Sequence record: LR756511.1
Strand: one strand, 5' to 3'
DNA length: 64,000 bases
In this document: in pieces, positions 1 through 6,517 of the stretch
Layout: each line of letters starts with the position of its first letter
How positions within the stretch are numbered: the stretch's first letter is position 1
Position numbers and translations under genes: made by a program
The notes under the pieces: generated by a model
Told to the model about the DNA's origin: nothing
Seen by the model: only the letters and a program-made list of their open reading frames with translations
Databases searched by the model: none

Positions 1-205
1 CATTTTGCGTGGCACTAAATTTAGAACCAACTTTACAAGTGGGCATCACCACATCAAAAAGGATGCGGGTGAATTTGTTGGTTACAAAAAATTCATCTGC
101 GGGATGATTAAAACAATACCAAGTTATAACAATTTTTACAATGATGTCCTTAAAGAAGATATTGCCAAACTTTACAACAAAGATATTGCTGGACTTGGCT
201 TATAA
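1..205 (+). CDS. Partial CDS (C-terminus), possibly sulfotransferase-like
   Basis: Frame open from window start to TAA 203-205; C-terminal YxxFYxxxxxxxIxxLYxKDI resembles Sulfotransfer_2 C-terminus. Confidence 0.35.
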   Translation, partial: ILRGTKFRTNFTSGHHHIKKDAGEFVGYKKFICGMIKTIPSYNNFYNDVLKEDIAKLYNKDIAGLGL

Positions 206-206
206 A

Positions 207-395
207 CTACTTAGTTTTTGCTATATCTACTTCGCTATGCCATTGTAACTTGCCATCCTTGTCTACGACTTTGTATTCGTGTAAAGGAGGCAGTTGCATG
301 TCTTGCTGTTTAATTGTTCTAATGTCGGTAACAAAGCCTACATAACTGTCGGTCGGCCTTACTACTCTGACTTTTTCACCTAATTGAATATCCAT
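207..395 (-). CDS. Hypothetical protein, 62 aa (MDIQLGEKV...)
   Basis: ATG 2 nt downstream of the tRNA-Leu(TAA) discriminator; the ORF-track start at 440 lies inside the tRNA. Confidence 0.65.
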   Translation of the reverse strand: MDIQLGEKVRVVRPTDSYVGFVTDIRTIKQQDMQLPPLHEYKVVDKDGKLQWHSEVDIAKTK

Positions 396-397
396 AG

Positions 398-483
398 TGA
401 CCAAGGTGGGATTCGAACCCACACGGAGTAAAAACTCCACCAGGGTTTAAGCCTAGCGCGTCTACCAGTTCCGCCACATGGTC
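398..483 (-). tRNA. trnL: tRNA-Leu(TAA)
   Basis: Cloverleaf GACCATG...CTTGGTC-A; anticodon arm CTAGG-CTTAAAC-CCTGG; long variable arm; GGTTCGAATCC; no CCA. Confidence 0.95.
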
Positions 484-484
484 A

Positions 485-748
485 TTAGTAATCATCGTAA
501 CCACCTTGAGAAGAATAATAATCTTCCCAAGCTTCTCTACGTATCTTATCTATAATCTCCTGTTCCCGTATCTCGTCTAATGACGGATAACCGTTAGCTT
601 GTCGGTCATCTCCAGCGTTAATTAGTTTTGATAGTTGTAAACTTGGGTCTGTTGCATGGGCATCCCCGTAATAGTATTCGTATTTACATTTAGGGCAATA
701 ATCTCTTCTTGCACTACTAACCATGTCTGGATGTTCGCAGAAACTCAT
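485..748 (-). CDS. Hypothetical protein with CxxC, 87 aa
   Basis: GAGG RBS; CPKC; stop 1 nt before the next tRNA. Confidence 0.7.
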   Translation of the reverse strand: MSFCEHPDMVSSARRDYCPKCKYEYYYGDAHATDPSLQLSKLINAGDDRQANGYPSLDEIREQEIIDKIRREAWEDYYSSQGGYDDY

Positions 749-767
749 TTTTTAACCCTCTTAGTAG

Positions 768-851
768 TGGCCGAAGTGGGAGTCGAACCCACACTCCCTT
801 TCGGGAACCAGATTTTGAGTCTGGCGCGTCTGCCAGTTCCGCCATTCGGCC
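768..851 (-). tRNA. trnL: tRNA-Leu(CAA)
   Basis: GGCCGAA...TTCGGCC-A; CCAGA-CTCAAAA-TCTGG; long variable arm. Confidence 0.95.
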
Positions 852-852
852 T

Positions 853-1017
853 TTAATCTATCCACGGACCATTCTTCTCTTTAATTCTATACTTTCTACA
901 CTTGCGTAAGGTTTTACACCTTTCCATTTCAACCACACATTCTTCAAATGTTCCTTCAAAGAATGTCCATGACCAAGCCTCTTGATCCCATTCGAATAAT
1001 TCATATAATTTCTCCAT
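853..1017 (-). CDS. Hypothetical protein, 54 aa (MEKLYELFEW...)
   Basis: ATG 2 nt after tRNA-Leu(CAG); TAA 1 nt before tRNA-Leu(CAA). Confidence 0.6.
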   Translation of the reverse strand: MEKLYELFEWDQEAWSWTFFEGTFEECVVEMERCKTLRKCRKYRIKEKNGPWID

Positions 1018-1019
1018 AG

Positions 1020-1101
1020 TGACCGAGGTGGGATTCGAACCCACACCCCTTTCGGGACAAGCTTCTGAGGCTTGCGCGTCTACCAGTTCCGCCACTCGGC
1101 C
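1020..1101 (-). tRNA. trnL: tRNA-Leu(CAG)
   Basis: GGCCGAG...CTCGGTC-A; CAAGC-CTCAGAA-GCTTG. Confidence 0.95.
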
Positions 1102-1103
1102 AG

Positions 1104-1271
1104 TTAGTATTTCAAATCACTTTTGTTTCCACCCTTGTTCAAGCGGTCAATAATTGCGGACGGGAATTCTTTGGTAGGTTTTCCCCACCATTTCCCCATC
1201 TTGCGATCCCATATCTGCCATCCTTTAGGTGGATTCGCTCTGACACAATATCTAGCGTTCTTCTTACCCAT
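1104..1271 (-). CDS. Hypothetical protein, 55 aa (MGKKNARYCV...)
   Basis: ATG 2 nt after tRNA-Leu(TAG); TAA 2 nt before tRNA-Leu(CAG). Confidence 0.6.
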   Translation of the reverse strand: MGKKNARYCVRANPPKGWQIWDRKMGKWWGKPTKEFPSAIIDRLNKGGNKSDLKY

Positions 1272-1273
1272 AG

Positions 1274-1355
1274 TGACTACGGTGGGAGTCGAACCCACAC
1301 CCCCGAAGGGACAAGTTTCTAAAACTTGCGCGTATACCGATTCCGCCACGCAGCC
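1274..1355 (-). tRNA. trnL: tRNA-Leu(TAG)
   Basis: GGCTGCG...CGTAGTC-A; CAAGT-TTTAGAA-ACTTG. Confidence 0.95.
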
Positions 1356-1357
1356 AT

Positions 1358-1507
1358 TTACTTCATCATCTTGCGTATCTTTTCGCTTACACAATACGTT
1401 ACCAATAAAGCGGGCACTACAATCATCCAAAAATAAGTAAGCTTAACCTTCTCCCAAAAACTAGCTCTTTCCCAAATCCTATTGTGATATTCAATACTTG
1501 TATTCAT
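1358..1507 (-). CDS. Small membrane protein, 49 aa (not in ORF track)
   Basis: MNTSIEYHNRIWERASFWEKVKLTYFWMIVVPALLVTYCVSEKIRKMMK; ATGA overlap with upstream stop; TAA 2 nt before tRNA. Confidence 0.55.
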   Translation of the reverse strand: MNTSIEYHNRIWERASFWEKVKLTYFWMIVVPALLVTYCVSEKIRKMMK

Positions 1508-1806
1508 TTTATTTGCTCGTAATTCAATTGAACAGGCTTGTCGTCGTATACTGTTATTTGGAAATTCTTATCCATAAACAAAATGTGATAAGGGATTTCT
1601 AGGAGTTTTAGATGTTCCTCTGTGATAGCTCTGAACTCTTCTCTACGACTCGTCCATATTATAATATGGACGCCAGTTTCATATTGTTTTCTTAACTCAT
1701 TGACTATTTCACTTTTGACTTTTAGAACAAATATACCTTTATCGGGGTCTGTTCCGTCTTCCACTAAAGTTCCGTCAATATCATAGATTCTAGTATGGTG
1801 TTTCAT
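1504..1806 (-). CDS. HAD-superfamily phosphatase-like protein
   Basis: YDIDGTL (DxDxT), WTSR, YDDK motifs; ATG 4 nt after tRNA-Tyr. Confidence 0.75.
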   Translation of the reverse strand: MKHHTRIYDIDGTLVEDGTDPDKGIFVLKVKSEIVNELRKQYETGVHIIIWTSRREEFRAITEEHLKLLEIPYHILFMDKNFQITVYDDKPVQLNYEQIK

Positions 1807-1810
1807 TTAG

Positions 1811-1893
1811 TGCGTATGGTAGGAATCGAACCTACAAAGCCCGAAGGCGACAGATTTACAGTCTGTGGGACTCACCACCTGTCCAACATACGC
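1811..1893 (-). tRNA. trnY: tRNA-Tyr(GTA)
   Basis: GCGTATG...CATACGC-A; ACAGA-CTGTAAA-TCTGT; long variable arm. Confidence 0.93.
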
Positions 1894-2160
1894 CTAATTA
1901 CATTCTTGTCTTCCTTTAGATAATTTTATCAAAAAGAATCCAGGTATCTCACCTTCTTCATCAACACAAAGTAAAACTCTATCATCTACTTTAGGTTTAA
2001 ATTCATGACAATGTTCTATCTTTACTTTTACATCGCCGCCACCATGACCAGCATTAATGTTGGCGGTTACAATGCCTTCTTCGATAGATTTTATTCTACC
2101 AACGTTTCTGTTGGCACATTTATAGAACATGCCAAGTTGAAGTTGCTTTTTCTTTTTCAT
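1894..2160 (-). CDS. Hypothetical protein, 88 aa
   Basis: ATG 2 nt after the second tRNA-Tyr; TAG directly abuts the first tRNA-Tyr. Confidence 0.65.
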   Translation of the reverse strand: MKKKKQLQLGMFYKCANRNVGRIKSIEEGIVTANINAGHGGGDVKVKIEHCHEFKPKVDDRVLLCVDEEGEIPGFFLIKLSKGRQECN

Positions 2161-2162
2161 AA

Positions 2163-2244
2163 TGGGTGAGTGAGGAATCGAACCCCTTAGCTCTTAGGCA
2201 GTCGGGTTACAGCCGACTTAGCTTCCCACAGCGGTAGCTCACCC
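2163..2244 (-). tRNA. trnY: tRNA-Tyr(GTA), atypical second copy
   Basis: GGGTGAG...CTCACCC-A; GTCGG-CTGTAAC-CCGAC; C8 and irregular D arm. Confidence 0.85.
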
Positions 2245-2255
2245 TAAACATACAG

Positions 2256-2339
2256 TGGCCTTGGTGGGATTCGAACCCACACTCCCTTACGGGAACAACG
2301 CCCTCAACGTTGCGCGTCTACCAGTTCCGCCACAAGGCC
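2256..2339 (-). tRNA. trnL: tRNA-Leu(GAG)
   Basis: GGCCTTG...CAAGGCC-A; CAACG-TTGAGGG-CGTTG. Confidence 0.95.
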
Positions 2340-2340
2340 A

Positions 2341-2637
2341 TTATCACTTCTTTGCTTCGTCAAAGAATATTTTGGAACATTCTGACAACTTAGTTTTAGT
2401 ATAACGTTCTCCTGTTTTCAACCAGAAAAAGTCATAAATCTCTTTAATGGCTTGAACCAAGCCTTGCTCGTTCAACTCACCTCTGTAAGCTGCCAAGCGG
2501 AAACTAGGTCAGCCAAATTCAGGACATATTAATCCTTGCGTTAGTGGAAGTCTGTAACCATCTCTCCAAGCCCAACAGCGAGGATTAGTCCATTCTTCAA
2601 TACGTTTGCCAACGACGATCAACTCTTGCGGTGTCAT
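2341..2637 (-). pseudogene. About 97-codon ORF interrupted by an in-frame TGA (2511-2509); pseudogene or readthrough
   Basis: GGAGGGAG RBS, ATG 2637; 42 codons, TGA, then 54 more in-frame codons to TGA-TAA ending 1 nt before tRNA-Leu(GAG). Confidence 0.55.
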
Positions 2638-2667
2638 AACTCCCTCCCAATTAAAAGGGTATATATC

Positions 2668-2967
2668 CTAATATCGGTAAAAAGGCGAGTTGCCATTATA
2701 CAAAACATTCGGCCATTTTCTGTCATGTAAGATTTTCTTAGCTCTAATTAGAGCATAAGTCCATTTCCTGTTTGGGTTATCATCTTCGCTTAGAAACACT
2801 TCGGGGTCAACCCCATGTTTCTCGCAAAAGTTTCTGCACTGTCTTTCTTCGACAGGTAGCCATTTTTGATTCCATTGAGCTTTAAAGACAGCATAACGCT
2901 GCTTTTTGCCTCTGTAACCAAAACGACTTTTATTGCCCGAAGGCTTGATTTTAATTTTATTCCACAT
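2668..2967 (-). CDS. Hypothetical protein, 99 aa (MWNKIKIK...)
   Basis: ATG 2 nt after tRNA-Ser(TGA); the ORF-track start at 3021 is inside the tRNA. Confidence 0.65.
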   Translation of the reverse strand: MWNKIKIKPSGNKSRFGYRGKKQRYAVFKAQWNQKWLPVEERQCRNFCEKHGVDPEVFLSEDDNPNRKWTYALIRAKKILHDRKWPNVLYNGNSPFYRY

Positions 2968-2969
2968 AG

Positions 2970-3054
2970 CGGAAAGGGTGGGAGTCGAACCCACAGAGCC
3001 TTTCGGCCCACTCGTTTTCAAGACGAGGTAGAGTAGCCACTCTCAATCCAATCC
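2970..3054 (-). tRNA. trnS: tRNA-Ser(TGA)
   Basis: CTCGT-CTTGAAA-ACGAG; long variable arm; G73; two U-U mismatches in acceptor stem. Confidence 0.85.
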
Positions 3055-3059
3055 AGAAG

Positions 3060-3146
3060 CGGAGGATGCGAGAGTTGAACTCGCCAACCCCTTTCGGGGT
3101 TACTCGTTTTCGAGACGAGGGGGCTTGCCACATGCCCAAATCCTCC
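3060..3146 (-). tRNA. trnS: tRNA-Ser(CGA)
   Basis: GGAGGAT...ATCCTCC-G; CTCGT-CTCGAAA-ACGAG. Confidence 0.93.
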
Positions 3147-3150
3147 AAAT

Positions 3151-3215
3151 TTAGATGAAAGCTGGTAATACGGTTATCGGTATTCCGCGTTTATACCGCC
3201 AGTTCTTTCATCTAA
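3151..3215 (-). ncRNA. Candidate structured spacer RNA (about 65 nt)
   Basis: Closed by perfect 11-bp TTAGATGAAAG/CTTTCATCTAA, with inner CTGG/CCAG and CGGTAT/ATACCG stems. Confidence 0.45.
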
Positions 3216-3216
3216 G

Positions 3217-3304
3217 CGGAACAGGAGGGATTCGAACCCTCTCCACACAATTAAGGTGGCCAGCTTTCCAGGCTGGTGTGACTCTCCAACTTCACCGCTG
3301 CTCC
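3217..3304 (-). tRNA. trnS: tRNA-Ser(GGA)
   Basis: GGAGCAG...CTGTTCC-G; CCAGC-CTGGAAA-GCTGG. Confidence 0.92.
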
Positions 3305-3308
3305 ATAA

Positions 3309-3429
3309 TTTCGGTAACAATAAGCTTATGTGGAGTTTGCACTATGAGCTAAGCAAGGCCACATTTCAGTGGCTCCCCAGCCATCCACGCTCTATTGCTC
3401 ATGCGTGAACCGCTACATTGTTACCGAAA
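3309..3429 (-). ncRNA. Candidate structured spacer RNA (about 121 nt)
   Basis: Closed by perfect 13-bp TTTCGGTAACAAT/ATTGTTACCGAAA; inner ATGAGC/GCTCAT and GCCAC-TGAAAT-GTGGC stems. Confidence 0.5.
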
Positions 3430-3430
3430 G

Positions 3431-3520
3431 CGGAAGCGGCGGGAGTCGAACCCGCAAGGCGGCGATATGCCGCCTGCCTGTTTAGCAAACAGGGTAGAAT
3501 AGCCACTTTCAATCACTTCC
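3431..3520 (-). tRNA. trnS: tRNA-Ser(GCT)
   Basis: GGAAGTG...CGCTTCC-G; CCTGT-TTGCTAA-ACAGG; long variable arm. Confidence 0.92.
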
Positions 3521-3550
3521 AAATGGCAATACCGAATTGTCAAAGATACA

Positions 3551-3593
3551 AAAACAAAAAACCCGCCGTGACTTTTCAGCCACGGCGGGTTTC
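3551..3593 (-). terminator. Intrinsic terminator (attenuator) upstream of the tRNA array
   Basis: AAACCCGCCGTG-GCT-GAAA-AGT-CACGGCGGGTTT followed by a U tract; GNRA tetraloop supports minus orientation. Confidence 0.85.
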
Positions 3594-3617
3594 TACCCGT
3601 TGTTTCCGCTAAGCCTA

Positions 3618-3701
3618 CTAAGTCCCCCTTCGCACGTTGCTATAAAGCAACGACGATAGTGAATAACTGGACAAACGTAAGCTAGCAGAGAAAGTATGCA
3701 C
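3618..3701 (-). CDS. Ser/Leu/Tyr-rich leader peptide MHTFSASLRLSSYSLSSLLYSNVRRGT (not in ORF track)
   Basis: AAGGA RBS 8 nt before GTG; 15 of codons 5-21 are Ser/Leu/Tyr; ends TAG TAG. Confidence 0.8.
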   Translation of the reverse strand: MHTFSASLRLSSYSLSSLLYSNVRRGT

Positions 3702-3759
3702 GGTTATATTCCTTTCAGATATTGTATGCAGCAACCAAAGATTTTTGCTGCACAATTTC

Positions 3760-3787
3760 ACTTTACCACGAAAAAACCCATTGTCAA
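3760..3787 (-). promoter_or_regulatory. Sigma70-type promoter of leader/tRNA operon
   Basis: TTGACA-N16-TAAAGT with extended -10 TG. Confidence 0.7.
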
Positions 3788-3826
3788 GAAAATTTTTCTC
3801 GACTCAGCCGTTTGTACAGCTGCAAC

Positions 3827-4705
3827 TTACAGGGCACCCTTCAAATCCTTGAAGACATCACTACCAGGAATATCCTTATTCTGCTCGTCCTTGAGTCCAA
3901 ACCATATCCCTTCGTAATTCTCCGCACTTAATGGCGGCTGGGGCACTGGTCTTCCCATAATCTCAGCAAACTCTGACGCATTAATCAAGTAAACCTTCGC
4001 TATTTTTTCTGGAGATTCTTTCCAAACCTCAATTCCATGCGGGTCTTCATAGATTTTCTGCTTAATCTTTCCGCCCTTTCCCATTCCCATCTCATTAGCA
4101 CAGCAAGCTCTACTACCGCGACAGAAATCCATCATGCTGTCCGCTTGACAGATACCAGCGCTACAATAGTCTAAGTCCCCCAATTCCGATGGTCCCCACT
4201 TTTCATGTGGGTCAGAAACGTGTTTTAATTGCTCTGGATGTTTTGCCTTATAGACAGAAATCGAAATTGCGTGATCGTCCGTTTTGGCTAATTGTTCACC
4301 AATAGTCTTATTTTCACCAACACTGGCCGACACAAACTGATAAACACTTCCATCATCACTCTTCCATCCATCTAACCACGGCTGAGGCGGGGTAACTAAA
4401 TAACCATCTTTCTCTAAATTTTCTCTTAACTTATTGCCATTTAAGGAGTTAACAGTTCCAGCGCCAATTATAACGGCGAGTGGTTCGCAAGTTTGGAAGT
4501 TCATCCACATAGCTTCTTGATCGTGCATTGTAATGAAATATGCATCATGATTCCAATGTTTCGGGACACGATCTTTATAATCTGAAACCTTATGAAGCTC
4601 AAAAAGACCTAAACTTGGGGGTAAATTAGCGGCTTCATTATTATCTCTGACGCGGACTGTTTTATGAAAAGTAACAGATAATGGACCAATTTCTAGTGTT
4701 TGCAT
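3827..4705 (-). CDS. Conserved uncharacterised protein (LPPxLG / EAMW / QPWLDG / QFV motif family)
   Basis: Motif order matches a family I recall from bacteria and fungi; unverified. Confidence 0.6.
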   Translation of the reverse strand: MQTLEIGPLSVTFHKTVRVRDNNEAANLPPSLGLFELHKVSDYKDRVPKHWNHDAYFITMHDQEAMWMNFQTCEPLAVIIGAGTVNSLNGNKLRENLEKDGYLVTPPQPWLDGWKSDDGSVYQFVSASVGENKTIGEQLAKTDDHAISISVYKAKHPEQLKHVSDPHEKWGPSELGDLDYCSAGICQADSMMDFCRGSRACCANEMGMGKGGKIKQKIYEDPHGIEVWKESPEKIAKVYLINASEFAEIMGRPVPQPPLSAENYEGIWFGLKDEQNKDIPGSDVFKDLKGAL

Positions 4706-4734
4706 TTTGTATCTCCTTGACTATATAATAGCAA

Positions 4735-5091
4735 ATGAGATCGTTTCGTCAATACATCACTGAAGTTTTGTTAAATGAACAACCACCTCCAGGCGGATTG
4801 CCACCAATGGGCGGTCCCCCAGGCGGCGGATTAGGCGCACCCGCAGGATTACCTCCAGGTGGGCCATCATTAGGCGGTCCTCCAGGTGGACCCCCAGGTG
4901 GCGGACTCCCACCATTGGGAGGCGGCGGCGCAATGGGCGGTGGCGCTCCACCGATGGGTGGACTTGGCGGGCCACCAATGGGCGGCGCTCCAGGTGGGCC
5001 AGGAATGGGAGGAATAGTAAAATTGCCAGAATTGAACGTCTGGAAGATTTTGGAGAAATTACTTTCAGGCGGTGATACTAAAAAGCATTGA
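4735..5091 (+). CDS. Gly/Pro-rich putative internal virion protein
   Basis: N-terminus MRSFRQYITE resembles the T4 capsid-targeting sequence; low-complexity GPPGG repeats. Confidence 0.7.
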   Translation: MRSFRQYITEVLLNEQPPPGGLPPMGGPPGGGLGAPAGLPPGGPSLGGPPGGPPGGGLPPLGGGGAMGGGAPPMGGLGGPPMGGAPGGPGMGGIVKLPELNVWKILEKLLSGGDTKKH

Positions 5092-5116
5092 TTGTTTTTC
5101 AGAATCTTGCCATAAT
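5088..5116 (+). promoter_or_regulatory. Sigma70 promoter giving a leaderless mRNA
   Basis: TTGATT-N17-CATAAT, ATG 7 nt downstream, no SD. Confidence 0.55.
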
Positions 5117-5123
5117 CTAAATT

Positions 5124-6167
5124 ATGAGCAAGATTCTTTTATTTAGTGACATTCACATCGCCCAGCACAAAAAATCGTACGAAAGATTACAGGACTGTCT
5201 CAAAGTTCTCGATTGGGTCTTTGAGACAGCCAAGAAATTAAAAATCAAAGATATCGTATTTGCGGGTGATCTATTTCAAGATCGTCAGCGCATCGACATA
5301 GCGACATATAGCCTTACGTTTGATGTTCTGTTGAAACATTGTGATGGTAGTATAAACCTGTGGTTGTTGATCGGCAACCACGATATGTGGTACCACGATA
5401 AGTGGGATATCAGTAGTGTCCTACCTTTTTCCGCACTTCCTAATGTTACTGTAATTAACAAGGCTTGTACGCTTGAAATCAATGGGCATCCTATTGATTT
5501 CCTTCCCTATGTCCGCGATCCAATTGAACACTTAAAGACCATTCAACAGTCCAAAGTGCTAGTGGGGCATTTAGCTATTCACGGCGCTGAATTACATTCT
5601 CTCTTCCATACACTGTCAGATGTCATTCTTGAGCATGATGGCGACATGGTGAAAGTAGGACCAGAACTCTTTAGCGGGTGGGATAAGGTCTTCCTTGGTC
5701 ATTATCATGGTTGTCAGCAGATTGAAAACATCGAATATGTAGGCTCGCCGCTTGAGTTGAATTTCGGTGAAGCTTATCAGGAAAAGCATTTGATTGTTTA
5801 CGATCTTAAAACTGGTGAGCAGGAATATATCATCAATGATTTCAGTCCGAAGCATTTAGTTCTTAACGAAGAAGAAATCGACAACCAGGAATTCGAAAAC
5901 AACTTTGTTCGCCTTAATGTGGTCAACAAGAAAGCAATTGATTTGCTTGACCTGAAGAAGAACATTCAGGAAAAGAAGCCTGGAACGCTGGAGATCGTTC
6001 AGCGTCCAAAGAAAGAGCAAAAGCAAGTTGTTGAAGACGCAAAATCAATTTTGCACAAGGAAGATGAAATGCTAGAAACATACGTCAAAGAAGTAGACAC
6101 TGGCGATCTTGATAAGCCCCATCTTGTTGAGGTGGGCAAAGGCATCTGTGCGATAGAAGTGTCCTAA
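5124..6167 (+). CDS. sbcD: SbcD/Mre11-like nuclease (T4 gp47-like)
   Basis: Metallophosphoesterase motifs SDIH, GDLF, GNHD, GHL, LGHYH, YVGSP. Confidence 0.92.
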   Translation: MSKILLFSDIHIAQHKKSYERLQDCLKVLDWVFETAKKLKIKDIVFAGDLFQDRQRIDIATYSLTFDVLLKHCDGSINLWLLIGNHDMWYHDKWDISSVLPFSALPNVTVINKACTLEINGHPIDFLPYVRDPIEHLKTIQQSKVLVGHLAIHGAELHSLFHTLSDVILEHDGDMVKVGPELFSGWDKVFLGHYHGCQQIENIEYVGSPLELNFGEAYQEKHLIVYDLKTGEQEYIINDFSPKHLVLNEEEIDNQEFENNFVRLNVVNKKAIDLLDLKKNIQEKKPGTLEIVQRPKKEQKQVVEDAKSILHKEDEMLETYVKEVDTGDLDKPHLVEVGKGICAIEVS

Positions 6168-6316
6168 ATCCGCACAGGTTGCGCACAGTTTAGGCACATG
6201 CTAAGATATACGTAGTTTCTGTAAACGTCTCCTGCCTTTGGACTTAAATTTTGTTAATCTTGGCATGACTCTTGCTGTAGTAATGGTGTCGCCTAAACTT
6301 TTTAAGGAGTGGTGCC

Positions 6317-6511
6317 ATGTTTACCGAGAACGAATATTTCGAAGGTTGCGTGGAGGAGAAGCCGAACGTGCGAAGTGAAGAAAGTGATGCGGTGGGTAGA
6401 GCCATCATTGCGGCAGAAAAGGTCATGAGGGAGATTGCGGACGTGGATGCGGAAATAGCAATAAGACAAAGCAAGAAGCATATCTTATTGCGAAACCTAA
6501 TTCACAGCTAA
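6317..6511 (+). CDS. Hypothetical protein, 64 aa
   Basis: AAGGAG RBS; followed by terminator. Confidence 0.6.
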   Translation: MFTENEYFEGCVEEKPNVRSEESDAVGRAIIAAEKVMREIADVDAEIAIRQSKKHILLRNLIHS

Positions 6512-6517
6512 CACTAG

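Noticed and set aside
2509-2511. Genome-wide stop-codon reassignment or selenocysteine at the in-frame TGA
   Set aside because: TGA, TAG and TAA all terminate well-supported genes. None of the 11 tRNAs is a suppressor or Sec tRNA. No CxxU context or clear SECIS.
3309-3429. MITE with 13-bp terminal inverted repeats
   Set aside because: No target-site duplication and no second copy in the window; kept as an ncRNA candidate.
207-3612. ORF-track entries starting inside or overlapping tRNAs (207..440, 853..1095, 1104..1430, 2668..3021, 2957..3148, 3418..3612)
   Set aside because: Their N-termini translate tRNA sequence; real starts are the ATGs just after the tRNAs, or the ORFs are spurious.
3600-3760. 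T-box riboswitch as the tRNA sensor
   Set aside because: No T-box consensus (GGTGGNACCGCG) or specifier stem; a leader ORF with SD explains the region better.
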